DNA from: a virus
Lineage: Duplodnaviria > Heunggongvirae > Uroviricota > Caudoviricetes
Reading direction: 5' to 3' (one strand)
Virus record (IMG/VR): IMGVR_UViG_3300018493_000089
Span: 64,001-81,028 of that record
Length of the DNA: 17,028 bases
Shown here: one piece after another, positions 1 to 8,025 of the stretch
Position numbering within the stretch: the first letter of the stretch is position 1
Layout of the letters: each line of letters opens with the position of its first letter
Position numbers and translations under genes: made by a program
Notes under the pieces: generated by a model
Database searches by the model: none
Told to the model about the DNA's origin: nothing
What the model saw: the letters and a program-made list of their open reading frames with translations, nothing else

Positions 1-430
1 GTACATCAGATTCATCAAAGAGGGGAGGGATATATTTACCCGATTTTTGACTTAAATATTCTGCATCACGAACATTGATCCACGCACAATCTAACCACAT
101 TTCTTTAATAATAGGGGTAGAATTTTTAGGAACAATAATTCTTGCATTGCATTTACCGGTAGCATACAAGGCTGGAACCATACCAATATGATCTTGATGA
201 TTATGTGATAAAATAATAATATCAACACGTTTTGGCTTGATTTTTTGTAGCATCACTTTATTTAAACTATAATTCTCAAGGACAGTTTTACCATCCATGA
301 TTAAACCACATTCAAATAAATATGTTTTTCCATGCTACTCAATTTTTGTACAGCTACCAGTTACACCTTCGCAATTGTTTCCAATGATACTGATTTCGGC
401 TTTTTCATTCTTCTTAGAAATAATAATCAT
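1..430 (-). CDS. MBL-fold metallo-hydrolase (beta-CASP/RNase-like), runs off the left edge; one in-frame TAG
   Basis: MIIISKK...EGVTGSCTKIE*HGKTYLFECG...IILSHNHQDHIGMVP has the MBL HxHxDH motif; TAG at 335-337. The start may be a downstream ATT, because the ATG abuts the RBS. Confidence 0.85.
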
Positions 431-437
431 CCCTTAC

Positions 438-659
438 TTATTTTTGTTTTTGCAGCCACTCCTTGTAATCCTTATCATCTACATTTCTGCTCATAGCATT
501 CCATACTTTAAATGCAAGTGTGTCAATCGCCCAATAAGTTTTTGCTCTGGGGTGTGTTTTGGATACTACAGTAATACCTTTACAACCAGCATTCAGGAAT
601 TCTTTTTCCCAACCCATAGATTCAATATAATCTTTTTCTTGTCTTGTAATTTGTTTCAT
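438..659 (-). CDS. Hypothetical protein, 73 aa
   Basis: RBS AGGGAG upstream, TAA stop, tightly packed between neighbouring genes. Confidence 0.75.
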   Translation of the reverse strand: MKQITRQEKDYIESMGWEKEFLNAGCKGITVVSKTHPRAKTYWAIDTLAFKVWNAMSRNVDDKDYKEWLQKQK

Positions 660-678
660 TAGTTTTCTCTCCCTTTAA

Positions 679-1905
679 TCAATTTAGCACAATTGTATAT
701 TCACAAACTTTACCTTTATCCTCTTCAAATACGACGAAAGAAGCGGTGGCATCAGCAGTTTTTCTGATTTTAATACTAAAATCATCAGACCCAACTATAG
801 ATCCAACACTAATGACACCTTTTCTCACGCCTGTATTTTTAAAGGAGGTATGATGTGTATGTCCTGCAACAATCTAATCGATTTTTACGCCATAAACATG
901 GGCATAATCTTTTAAGGCTGTTTCAAGATCAGACACTTCACCATGAATACCTAAAATGTTATATCCAGCAATATTTGTAAAAATAAAGCCAGTTTTGTTA
1001 TAATATACTTGTAAATTCTCATTCTTTTCATTAATAAGCTCAATACAAGTTCTTACAACTTTCTCAATATTATCATTTAAATGAGCACCTTTTCGCCCAT
1101 CTAATAGTCTACATTCACCATGATTGCCAAATGTATCATAATACTCAACATTGACATAGCGAGATAATTCGTGTAACCAATTACCTATATATCTTCCGAA
1201 AATAATAGCACTATCAATAACACCATAACGCAATGTCCACGCCTGACTATGACGTAAAAATCCATCTAAAGCATCTCCTAAATTAAATACTTTGATAGAA
1301 TTAAAATCTTCTTTTTTTACAATGCTGATAGTTTCAGAAAGCAGTAATTCCATTCGATTATAAAATATTTCCGGATTATATTCGTTTATGATCTGGTCAT
1401 CAAATCCATAAATTTTAAAATCTTTACCAAAATGACAATCTGCGAAGTTTAATAATCCGAATTTTTTTGATGTTGTAATATCACGCTTTTCAATTTTAAT
1501 AGGGTGGGGGAGACATTCTTTGATTGAATTAATAACTTTTTCCTCAAAAGCTTCTTCTCTTGCTTGTTCTCTAAGCCACTCATTATATTCACGTTTTTCG
1601 TCTTGTAATTTAACACGCTCAATTCTAATAGCACGTTCTTTTTCATTTAATTTTCTAATAAGCTCATCATTATCAATTCCATTTTTAATCTGGTTTTGAT
1701 AATATTGCATGACATTATAACCGCTAAATGATGTGACATTCGCTGCTTTTCTTAGGCTGTCTGGGTGACAATCTAAACCAAGTAAATCAACAATGTCGCT
1801 CCATTCAAGATCTGCAGGATTCTGTTCAACCTTTAATGTAATAAGGCGCAAACCATATTCCATAAAACTTTCATTTTCCTTTTGAATCTAATTATTAATA
1901 TCCAT
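679..1905 (-). CDS. Calcineurin-like metallophosphoesterase with N-terminal coiled coil, 408 aa with TAG read-through
   Basis: Motifs ADCHFG, LGDALDG, GNHGE and IHGE; the last motif (ID*IVAGHTHH) is reached only through TAG 874-876. A second TAG at 1888-1890 follows ATG 1905 (RBS GAAGGGA). TGA stop at 679-681. Confidence 0.88.
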
Positions 1906-1920
1906 TCATTCCCTTCACAT

Positions 1921-1947
1921 AAAAATAGCATGGCTAATTGCCATGCT
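1921..1947 (-). terminator. Rho-independent terminator
   Basis: AGCATGGC-AATTA-GCCATGCT hairpin followed by a T-run on the minus strand. Confidence 0.7.
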
Positions 1948-1950
1948 TGA

Positions 1951-2097
1951 TTATTCTTCATATCTTTTGTTTTTATGTTTCTCTTTTCTTTTATAGGAGC
2001 CTTTTCCTTTTTTGTTTTTTACAACAAAACCTCGTTTACGATAAGTTAAATATTCCTGCAATTCATCCTTATCCATTTTAAACATTCGTCTATCCAC
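1951..2097 (-). CDS. arfA: ArfA-like alternative ribosome-rescue factor, 48 aa
   Basis: GTG start with RBS AGGAG; MDRRMFKMDKDELQEYLTYRKRGFVVKNKKGKGSYKRKEKHKNKRYEE contains the ArfA KKGKGSYxRKxKH motif. Confidence 0.75.
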   Translation of the reverse strand: MDRRMFKMDKDELQEYLTYRKRGFVVKNKKGKGSYKRKEKHKNKRYEE

Positions 2098-2123
2098 TTA
2101 AATCACTCCTTATAAATTAAAAA

Positions 2124-2205
2124 TGCGGATGACAGGAATCGAACCTGCACGAGTTTACTCGCCAGAGCCTAAATCTGGTGCGTCTTCCAGTTCCGCCACA
2201 TCCGC
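2124..2205 (-). tRNA. tRNA-Leu(UAG)
   Basis: Cloverleaf; CCAGA-TT-TAG-GC-TCTGG, long variable arm, GGTTCGATTCC. Confidence 0.93.
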
Positions 2206-2210
2206 ATAAA

Positions 2211-2282
2211 AGCACAAGAGGGGAATCGAACCCCCATATTCAGCTTGGAAGGCTGACATCATAGCCTTTAGATCACTTATGC
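2211..2282 (-). tRNA. tRNA-Gly(UCC)
   Basis: TCAGC-CT-TCC-AA-GCTGA, GGTTCGATTCC, U73. Confidence 0.92.
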
Positions 2283-2285
2283 ACA

Positions 2286-2371
2286 CAGTAATTAATCAAG
2301 AGAAAGGTAAGACTGACGGAATATGTATGACCTTTCATTATCTGGACGATAATCTCTTAATTTAATTACTG
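2286..2371 (-). ncRNA. Unassigned structured small RNA
   Basis: Closing stem CAGTAATTAA/TTAATTACTG with inner helices AAGAGA/TCTCTT, AAAGGT/ACCTTT and ATTATC/GATAAT. Confidence 0.45.
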
Positions 2372-2374
2372 AAA

Positions 2375-2460
2375 CGCCATAGGTAGGATTTGAACCTACG
2401 CACGATTTCTCGCCTAACTCCTTAGCAGGGAGCCCTCTTCAGCCTCTTGAGTACTACGGC
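2375..2460 (-). tRNA. tRNA-Ser(GCU)
   Basis: Anticodon loop CT-GCT-AA, long variable arm, G73. Confidence 0.92.
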
Positions 2461-2466
2461 ATAGAA

Positions 2467-2540
2467 TTGGGGTAGAGGGAATCGAACCCTCGACCACTGG
2501 CTTATAAGGCCAGCCCTCTAACCTACTGAGGTACACCCCG
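2467..2540 (-). tRNA. tRNA with UAU anticodon (nominally Ile) and an initiator-like C1xA72 mismatch
   Basis: CTGGC-CT-TAT-AA-GCCAG; acceptor CGGGGTG/TACCCCA-A. Confidence 0.85.
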
Positions 2541-2760
2541 ATAACAAATAACACTTTTAGATGTGTGATGGCGTTCCACCCAGTCGTTACAGTTTACGAC
2601 ACTGCACCGACAACGGTTATGGATACGCCTCACTGATCCAAATACCTCAAATTTGAAGTGTGTGTACACATGGTATCACAAGCCCTGCGTCCAGCAGAAA
2701 TTTCTGTCTTCACAATTAAATAGCGATGCATTTCAACTATAAAGATACAAGCAATACCAA

Positions 2761-3302
2761 AGCTGATAATAGGACTTGAACCTAAATAACGATTTTTATA
2801 ATACATTAGATGTTAGCATTATCAATAAGATCCAACTGTTTTGCTAATATATAATCTTTTGCAAAAGACACACCTTTTGTTTGCCCGTTCTTTGGTGAAG
2901 AAAATCTTAAAGTTTTTGATGATGCACATTCAAATACTGGGATCAAATAGCATTCACCATCATAAAATGTTGCAAAATAATCTGTATCATCCGATGTATA
3001 ATAAACATTTTTAACACTCGAACAATTAACATGTGTGCTTCTACAAGAAATAATAATAGCATTATCGCCATCTAATAATGCAGCAGATTTAACTTGAACA
3101 CGAAATATTTTTCTGCCTGTATCAACAATCATGTCCTATTTTGCATTATCACCAAAAGGAATGCTAACCTGACAACCATGTTGATAAAATGCTGTGATGC
3201 ATTGTAACTCTGTAATATTCCCTTTTTGTTTAGTAGTTAAATCCATATATTCACCTATTCTATTATAAAAATCATGCGCTCTGCCAATTGAGCTATACCA
3301 GC
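2761..3302 (-). other. Split tRNA-like element with the anticodon loop replaced by a nuclease ORF
   Basis: 5' half GCTGGTA-TA-GCTC-AATTGGCA-GAGC-G-CATGA from 3302; 3' half AGG-TTCAAGT-CCT...TATCAGC-T to 2761; 14-bp stem 3261-3274/2790-2803 closes around the ORF. Confidence 0.75.
2806..3246 (-). CDS. PD-(D/E)XK homing-type endonuclease (group I intron-associated PDDEXK_5-like), 146 aa, one TAG
   Basis: MDLTTKQKGNITE...VSIPFGDNAK*DMIVD...RVQVKS; TAG 3136-3138 occupies the Tyr of the family's YD motif. Confidence 0.85.
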
Positions 3303-3310
3303 ATGATAAA

Positions 3311-3392
3311 TGAGTGATACTTGATTCGAACAAGTTCAGCAATTGCAACAGATTTACAGTCTGCCCCGGCTCTCCAACTCCGGCGATCACCC
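3311..3392 (-). tRNA. tRNA-Tyr(GUA)
   Basis: GCAGA-CT-GTA-AA-TCTGT, variable arm, G1-C72, A73. Confidence 0.92.
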
Positions 3393-3524
3393 ATATTGGT
3401 GGCATGGCTGAGTTTTTTTAGGGTTTGCTCAAGCGTTGCCAACTGTTCATCCCTACGAGCCTAAAGCCCAATTCACGAGGCTAAACCTCCGAAATACAAA
3501 CTATCTGTGTTATTACCACAGTGA

Positions 3525-3598
3525 TTGCAGCGACAAGATTCGAACTTGTGATTTCAGAGTTATGAGCCCTGACGGATAGACCACTTCCATACGCTGCG
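3525..3598 (-). tRNA. tRNA-fMet(CAU), initiator type
   Basis: CAT anticodon, C1xA72 mismatch, anticodon stem CAGGG/CTCTG. Confidence 0.88.
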
Positions 3599-3609
3599 AT
3601 ATTAAAAAA

Positions 3610-3681
3610 CAGGAGGGCAGTGACTCGAACACTGAACTTCAGTTTTGGAGACTGGTGTTTTACCAGTTAAACTAACCTCCT
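3610..3681 (-). tRNA. tRNA-Trp(CCA)
   Basis: Loop CT-CCA-AA, A1-U72, G73. Confidence 0.9.
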
Positions 3682-3687
3682 AAAAAA

Positions 3688-3760
3688 TTGCAGAGAGGGG
3701 AGTCGAACCCCTAACCTCTGGATTATGAGTCCAGGAATCTTCCATTGATAGTACTCTGCG
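3688..3760 (-). tRNA. Second tRNA-Met(CAU), initiator-like
   Basis: CTGGA-CT-CAT-AA-TCCAG; acceptor CGCAGAG/CTCTGCA-A with C1xA72. Confidence 0.85.
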
Positions 3761-3772
3761 TTAATAATATAG

Positions 3773-3856
3773 TGCAGGAGAGGAGATTCGAACTCCCAAT
3801 CCCTCACGGGCGGCGGATTTTAAGTCCGCATCGTATACCAGTTCCGACACTCCTGC
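3773..3856 (-). tRNA. tRNA-Leu(UAA)
   Basis: GCGGA-CT-TAA-AA-TCCGC, long variable arm, A73. Confidence 0.93.
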
Positions 3857-3862
3857 ACATTT

Positions 3863-4042
3863 ATATCCAAGAATAACTTAATGAGATGAAAAATATTGGA
3901 ACATTACGAAAGGATTAACTGAATATCCTTCAACCAATGTTTCTGTGTCTTTAAATGTGTAATCTGTATAAAACTTTTATATCATCATAGTTTTCTATAA
4001 TTAAATCCTCAAAGAAGTAACTCATTAAACTGCATTGGATAT
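3863..4042 (-). ncRNA. Y-RNA-like gene 1 (AU-rich insert of about 120 nt, no tRNA domain)
   Basis: Terminal stem ATCCAA/TTGGAT; ATGCAGT-TTAATGAG-TTACTTC...CTCATTAA-GTTATTC. Confidence 0.7.
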
Positions 4043-4070
4043 AATAAGAGAATATTATGACCTATTTTAT

Positions 4071-4210
4071 AATTCTGAGTATAACTGAAATAGAAATTTT
4101 TAGCGCTCTCCCAATTGAGCTACGGTGCACAACTTAGTACACCGACAGGACTCGAACCCGCAACCTCTCGATTAACCAGTCGAAGTAACTATTTCAACTG
4201 CATCAGAATT
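4071..4210 (-). ncRNA. Y-RNA-like gene 2, YrlA type (circularly permuted tRNA domain)
   Basis: GATGCAGT..AGTTACTTC, then T arm GCGGGTTCGAGTCCTGT, closed acceptor CGGTGTAC/GTGCACCG and D arm GCTCAATTGGGAGAGC. Confidence 0.85.
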
Positions 4211-4224
4211 TTATTGCATTTTTA

Positions 4225-4353
4225 AGCCGAGAATGTCGTGAATAGTGAAAAAAGTCTATCGCTCTACCAATTGAGCTACCATATTAACCGCAATATAGAA
4301 TAGATTTGAACTATTAACACATAGATGAAGTAACTATTCACACTGCATCAGCT
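4225..4353 (-). ncRNA. Y-RNA-like gene 3, YrlA type
   Basis: Same scaffold; T arm AATAG-TTCAAAT-CTATT precedes D arm GCTCAATTGGTAGAGC. Confidence 0.82.
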
Positions 4354-4368
4354 ATATTTACTTATTAA

Positions 4369-4452
4369 ATCAGAGAATAACTTATATGGTGTTAGCGTTT
4401 TCTGAAGCAAATATGGAGTATTTACGAAGTAACCATATAAACTGCATCTGAT
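4369..4452 (-). ncRNA. Y-RNA-like gene 4 (minimal)
   Basis: ATCAGATGCAGT-TTATATGG-TTACTTC...CCATATAA-GTTATTCTCTGAT with a short hairpin insert. Confidence 0.72.
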
Positions 4453-4469
4453 ATATATTTTTTATTAAA

Positions 4470-4603
4470 AGCATCTCTGAGAAGAGGTGACGAGTGCTAT
4501 TGAGTTGGAAGCTGGATTCGAACCAGCGTTTTCACCGTAAAAGGGTAATGTCTTATCCTCTTGACTATTCCGAAGTAACCCGTCTAACTGCATCAGAGAT
4601 GCT
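4470..4603 (-). ncRNA. Y-RNA-like gene 5 carrying a non-permuted tRNA-Lys(UUU)-like domain
   Basis: 11-bp terminal stem AGCATCTCTGA; insert has a D arm, TTACC-CTTTTAC-GGTGA and GCTGG-TTCGAAT-CCAGC in normal order. Confidence 0.8.
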
Positions 4604-4609
4604 ATTCAA

Positions 4610-6241
4610 TTACTGTTTATTTTTGTTTTCAATTTCATTCCACAGTTCAATCATTCTGGAAGCAAAAATACTTTCTTTGCCTGTCCAACCAGTCATGATA
4701 TTTGTTCTATATGCATATTCTGGAATCAGAATGTTGTTATATCCTGCAGTCTGAATAGAGAATACATTTACTTTTGGATTAACCGCCTTACGGTAATCCT
4801 GGATTAGCTTAAATACATTTACATGATTATAAGCGCATCCATATTTTTCATGATACTCAGAAACATCTTTGCCTGTACCATACAAGCCGCCATGACCAGC
4901 CTGTTGATCGGAATAAATAAAAATGTTATCCCAGTGTTCTTTATTAGCAATTGCATCTCTAAAGAACTTCCAAATGCCACCTTCTGTTGAGCCGCCAACA
5001 TCACTATATCTGCTTTTTGTAATATCTTCAGACTGCTTCAGAATGCCATGTCTTTTGCTGATAGGATATGTTTTTAATCTGTCACCAAATTTACCAACAT
5101 AACCCTCTTCGGAACAAGCTGCAGTAATCACAGAGGAGAGATTATCAATTTCTGCAATACATACACTGCCATATTCTGAAGTAATTGTACCCCATGCAGA
5201 ACCAGAGTTATCAGACAGGCACATTGTTTTGCCTTTCAGCTTTGGCATATTCTGAATAGAAATATCCATACATTCTTCCAAAGCATCGATAATCTGAGGT
5301 TTATGATGGCATTTGCTACCAGATACCGCTTTCAGTGCAGAGTAATATCTGAAAGGGAATTGTTTGCCTTTCAGTACACCAGAAGTTAGTTTTGTAAGGT
5401 ATTCTTTGCAGAATTCTGCATCGTCAACTTCTGTAAATACGCCACGCAGATTTCTTAACAAAGCCATATGACCCATATTCGTTGTTCTGAAAATTTCTTT
5501 CCAGCCCATACCAGAGGATCTTAGTGTTTCCCATGTTTTCTGGTCATCATCAACTTTCAGCGTATCATGCATCAGTTTATCCAGAGTAGGGGAGTTTGCG
5601 TGAGTGATACGAACTGCATTAATCATGCCGATTTCGCTATTTTTATATTTGTTTACCTCGTATTCTCTCAGATTGCTAAGTTTAGAAGCAATAGAACGCT
5701 TCAGAATACTAGGGATATTATTTTTCTGACCTTTATTCAAGAACATATAATAAGCCAGCTGAGTCATTGGCTCATCAGCTCGTCTCATAACCTGTTCATT
5801 GATTTTATTGAACATGCCATTGTATTCTGCGGAGAACACTTTTCTTTTAGGGTGAATGGCAGCACGAACCATGATAATCTGTGGATTCAGTCTCATGTTG
5901 TACTCATTTCTTAACTCAACGGCAAGATTCAGAGTACCCATAAAGTCGTAGTCCAAAGCGTTATCTACACATTCTTCCATAATCTGAGTGGTTGTTTTAC
6001 CATCAGAAAATTTCAGAACCAGGCTGTCTCGCACAATACGATCCAGATAAGATTTACCATCTCTAACTGCTGGTCTATAATAAGACGCTTCGCCAAAAAT
6101 GGAAGATGCCATTACCATTTTCAGTGTATCAAGAGGATTGATAACATAGCTATCTCCACCCATGAAGTTTGTCACTGTTTCATCTCTACGAAGCTTTGCT
6201 TCTTCGTGCATGAACTTTACACTTTTACTCATTTTGCTCAT
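4610..6241 (-). CDS. Ro60/Rsr-like TROVE-domain RNA-binding protein with C-terminal vWA domain, 543 aa
   Basis: NFMGGDSY, TWETLRS, MGHMALLRNLR, QFPFRYYSA, MIDAS-like DNSGS and YSDQQ; RBS AAAGGAGG before ATG 6241. Confidence 0.92.
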   Translation of the reverse strand: MSKMSKSVKFMHEEAKLRRDETVTNFMGGDSYVINPLDTLKMVMASSIFGEASYYRPAVRDGKSYLDRIVRDSLVLKFSDGKTTTQIMEECVDNALDYDFMGTLNLAVELRNEYNMRLNPQIIMVRAAIHPKRKVFSAEYNGMFNKINEQVMRRADEPMTQLAYYMFLNKGQKNNIPSILKRSIASKLSNLREYEVNKYKNSEIGMINAVRITHANSPTLDKLMHDTLKVDDDQKTWETLRSSGMGWKEIFRTTNMGHMALLRNLRGVFTEVDDAEFCKEYLTKLTSGVLKGKQFPFRYYSALKAVSGSKCHHKPQIIDALEECMDISIQNMPKLKGKTMCLSDNSGSAWGTITSEYGSVCIAEIDNLSSVITAACSEEGYVGKFGDRLKTYPISKRHGILKQSEDITKSRYSDVGGSTEGGIWKFFRDAIANKEHWDNIFIYSDQQAGHGGLYGTGKDVSEYHEKYGCAYNHVNVFKLIQDYRKAVNPKVNVFSIQTAGYNNILIPEYAYRTNIMTGWTGKESIFASRMIELWNEIENKNKQ

Positions 6242-6282
6242 AATTAAGCCTCCTTTTAATCCGGTGACTCTGCTTATGCAAA

Positions 6283-6371
6283 GTCGAGAATGCTTGCTAA
6301 GGCGATAAACATGGCCAGAATATGATATTAAAAGTATCATCCTAAGAAGTAGCCCTAGCATCTGCATCGAC
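6283..6371 (-). ncRNA. Y-RNA-like gene 6 (upstream of TROVE)
   Basis: GTCGATGCAGA-TGCTAGGG-CTACTTC...CCTTAGCA-AGCATTCTCGAC; insert hairpin ATGATA-CTTTTAA-TATCAT. Confidence 0.75.
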
Positions 6372-6380
6372 AATATATAG

Positions 6381-6470
6381 CGGAGCGAGTGAGGTTCGAA
6401 CTCACACACGACATCCCTGCCGCCTAATGGTTTTCAAGACCATCCTCTTAGCCAATTTGAGTATCGCTCC
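6381..6470 (-). tRNA. tRNA-Ser(UGA)
   Basis: ATGGT-CT-TGA-AA-ACCAT, long variable arm, G73. Confidence 0.93.
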
Positions 6471-7173
6471 AAAATAATTCGTCAAAATTTATTTTTAATT
6501 TTTGTTCATCTGGGATGTCTCTCCAATATCTCCATAAAAACCCAAATGCTGTTGTGTTTTCACCTCTACGATTACTTAATGAATCGCATATAGCACCACT
6601 ATTTGGATTTTTATTAAATCGTCTATTTGCCTCAGATTTACTCTTATAAATAGAGATAATTGAATATGTAAAAGGATCTATTTGACATAAAAAACCACCA
6701 TTTTCTTTAATTAATAAATCTCTACATTCGTCACATGTTAGCCATTTTATATTATGTTTAGCTAAAATTTTTTTGACTGATTTTGGATCTATATTAAAAT
6801 AACTAGCAGTCCTACCTGCAACATATTTTGCAATAGAGCAATGATATTCAATAATTTCATTATCTGTAAATTGAATATATGGTTTTCCATCACCACCAAT
6901 TGTCGCATTATACCCATTAGATCCATATGTGTTTAGCTATTGAATCCAATATTTTTCTCTTGATTCAATATCATCTGTTTCCTCGATTATTTCAAATGAA
7001 AAATTGTCTATGCCATATTTGTTCATTGCGCTCTACAAAGGACGCTTTTCGCATCTTCTTGTTTTGCTATCTTTTATATGTTCTTTAAAACGGTCATTTG
7101 GATTTAAATGATTTGTTTTGCCAACATATTGTTTTCCATTAATTTTATTAGTGATAACATAAATCTAACCCAA
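6448..7173 (-). CDS. Free-standing GIY-YIG homing endonuclease A with NUMOD1-like C terminus, 241 aa, three TAGs
   Basis: TTG start, RBS GGAGG; MG*IYVITNKINGKQYVGKT...KRPL*SAMNKYG...REKYWIQ*LNTYGSNGYNATIGGDG; TAGs at 7165, 7033 and 6937. Confidence 0.88.
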
Positions 7174-7242
7174 ATTAACGCCTCCAGAAAATACATTATA
7201 ATCCCCATTTTGTTATAGACCTAATGGGCAAGCTGTCTGAAG

Positions 7243-7316
7243 CGGGCAATATGGGATTCGAACCCATGACCTTTCGGTTAACAGCCGAATGCTCTAACCA
7301 ACTGAGCTAATAACCC
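7243..7316 (-). tRNA. tRNA-Asn(GUU)
   Basis: TTCGG-CT-GTT-AA-CCGAA, GGTTCGAATCC, G73. Confidence 0.93.
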
Positions 7317-7349
7317 GATAATATGATAAAACTATAAATTTTATCATAA

Positions 7350-8000
7350 TTATTTTTTTAAATAAGACCATTTATATCCCTAAGCGTGTTTATTTTTTCC
7401 TCTCAAAACTTCATATATTGCCGAAGAAGTTCTGCTTTTGCCAAATGCTTCATTGGCGTCTGCGACACTGTTAAACTGCGCAATAATTTCATTACTTTTA
7501 CAATCAATCTGACAAACAATATTTCCACGCTCAGAGATTAATACCTGATTAACTTCATCAGAATTTAAATGATGAATATTATATTTATCTAAAATAGTAT
7601 TAACGGTTTTGGGATCAAGGTGAAAATAACGAGCAGTTCTCGCAGATATATATTTTGCTTCTGTACAATGCTAAATAATTATATCTTGATCACTATAAGG
7701 CACATAAGAACGCCCATCTCCTCCACGGGTAGCATTATACCCATTCGATCCATAAGTACCGAATTTTTGAATATAATACATTTCTCTATCTTCTGGGGAG
7801 TATGTTTCTTCGATTATTTCAAAAACAAAATTCTCAACACCATATTTATTAAATGCTCTATAAAGAGGGCGGTTTTTGCAACGATCTTTTTTACTATCTT
7901 TTATATGCTGATAAAATCTCTCAATAGGATTTGTTTTTTCTGTTTTTCCTATCTATTTTTTACCATTAATTAAATTTGTAATAGAATATATGTAAGCCAA
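7350..8000 (-). CDS. Free-standing GIY-YIG homing endonuclease B, paralogue of A, 216 aa, three TAGs
   Basis: TTG start, RBS AAGGTGG; MAYIYSITNLINGKK*IGKT...RPLYRAFNKYG...GYNATRGGDG...KHA*GYKWSY; TAGs at 7953, 7671 and 7380. Confidence 0.88.
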
Positions 8001-8025
8001 ATTAAAACCACCTTAGATTTAAAAA

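Noticed and set aside
2124..2205. tRNAs with TAG, TAA or TGA anticodon text (also 3773 and 6381) as suppressors
   Set aside because: These anticodons read CUA, UUA and UCA (Leu, Leu, Ser); only the CTA anticodon at 8073-8075 reads UAG.
3247..3405. 5' part of track ORF 3136..3405
   Set aside because: Overlaps tRNA-Tyr and the split tRNA 5' half; the real start is ATG 3246.
3952..4026. 24-codon ORF (MSYFFEDL...) inside Y RNA 1
   Set aside because: No RBS, and the start lies within the conserved scaffold helix.
4071..4353. Ordinary tRNA genes
   Set aside because: The T arm precedes the D arm and the acceptor is closed by a loop, which is YrlA-like permutation.
3863..4603. CRISPR array
   Set aside because: Repeats are short bipartite motifs with covarying helices and variable unit length, next to TROVE and without cas genes.
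6242..6409. N-terminal extension of the TROVE ORF in the track (599 aa)
   Set aside because: Overlaps tRNA-Ser and Y RNA 6; the strong RBS lies before ATG 6241.
6448..8000. Genetic code 15 (TAG=Gln) or pyrrolysine
   Set aside because: TAG occupies the YIG Tyr and aligns with TAT/TAC in the paralogue four times, never with Gln; the CUA tRNA has Tyr-type features; no pyl genes in the window.
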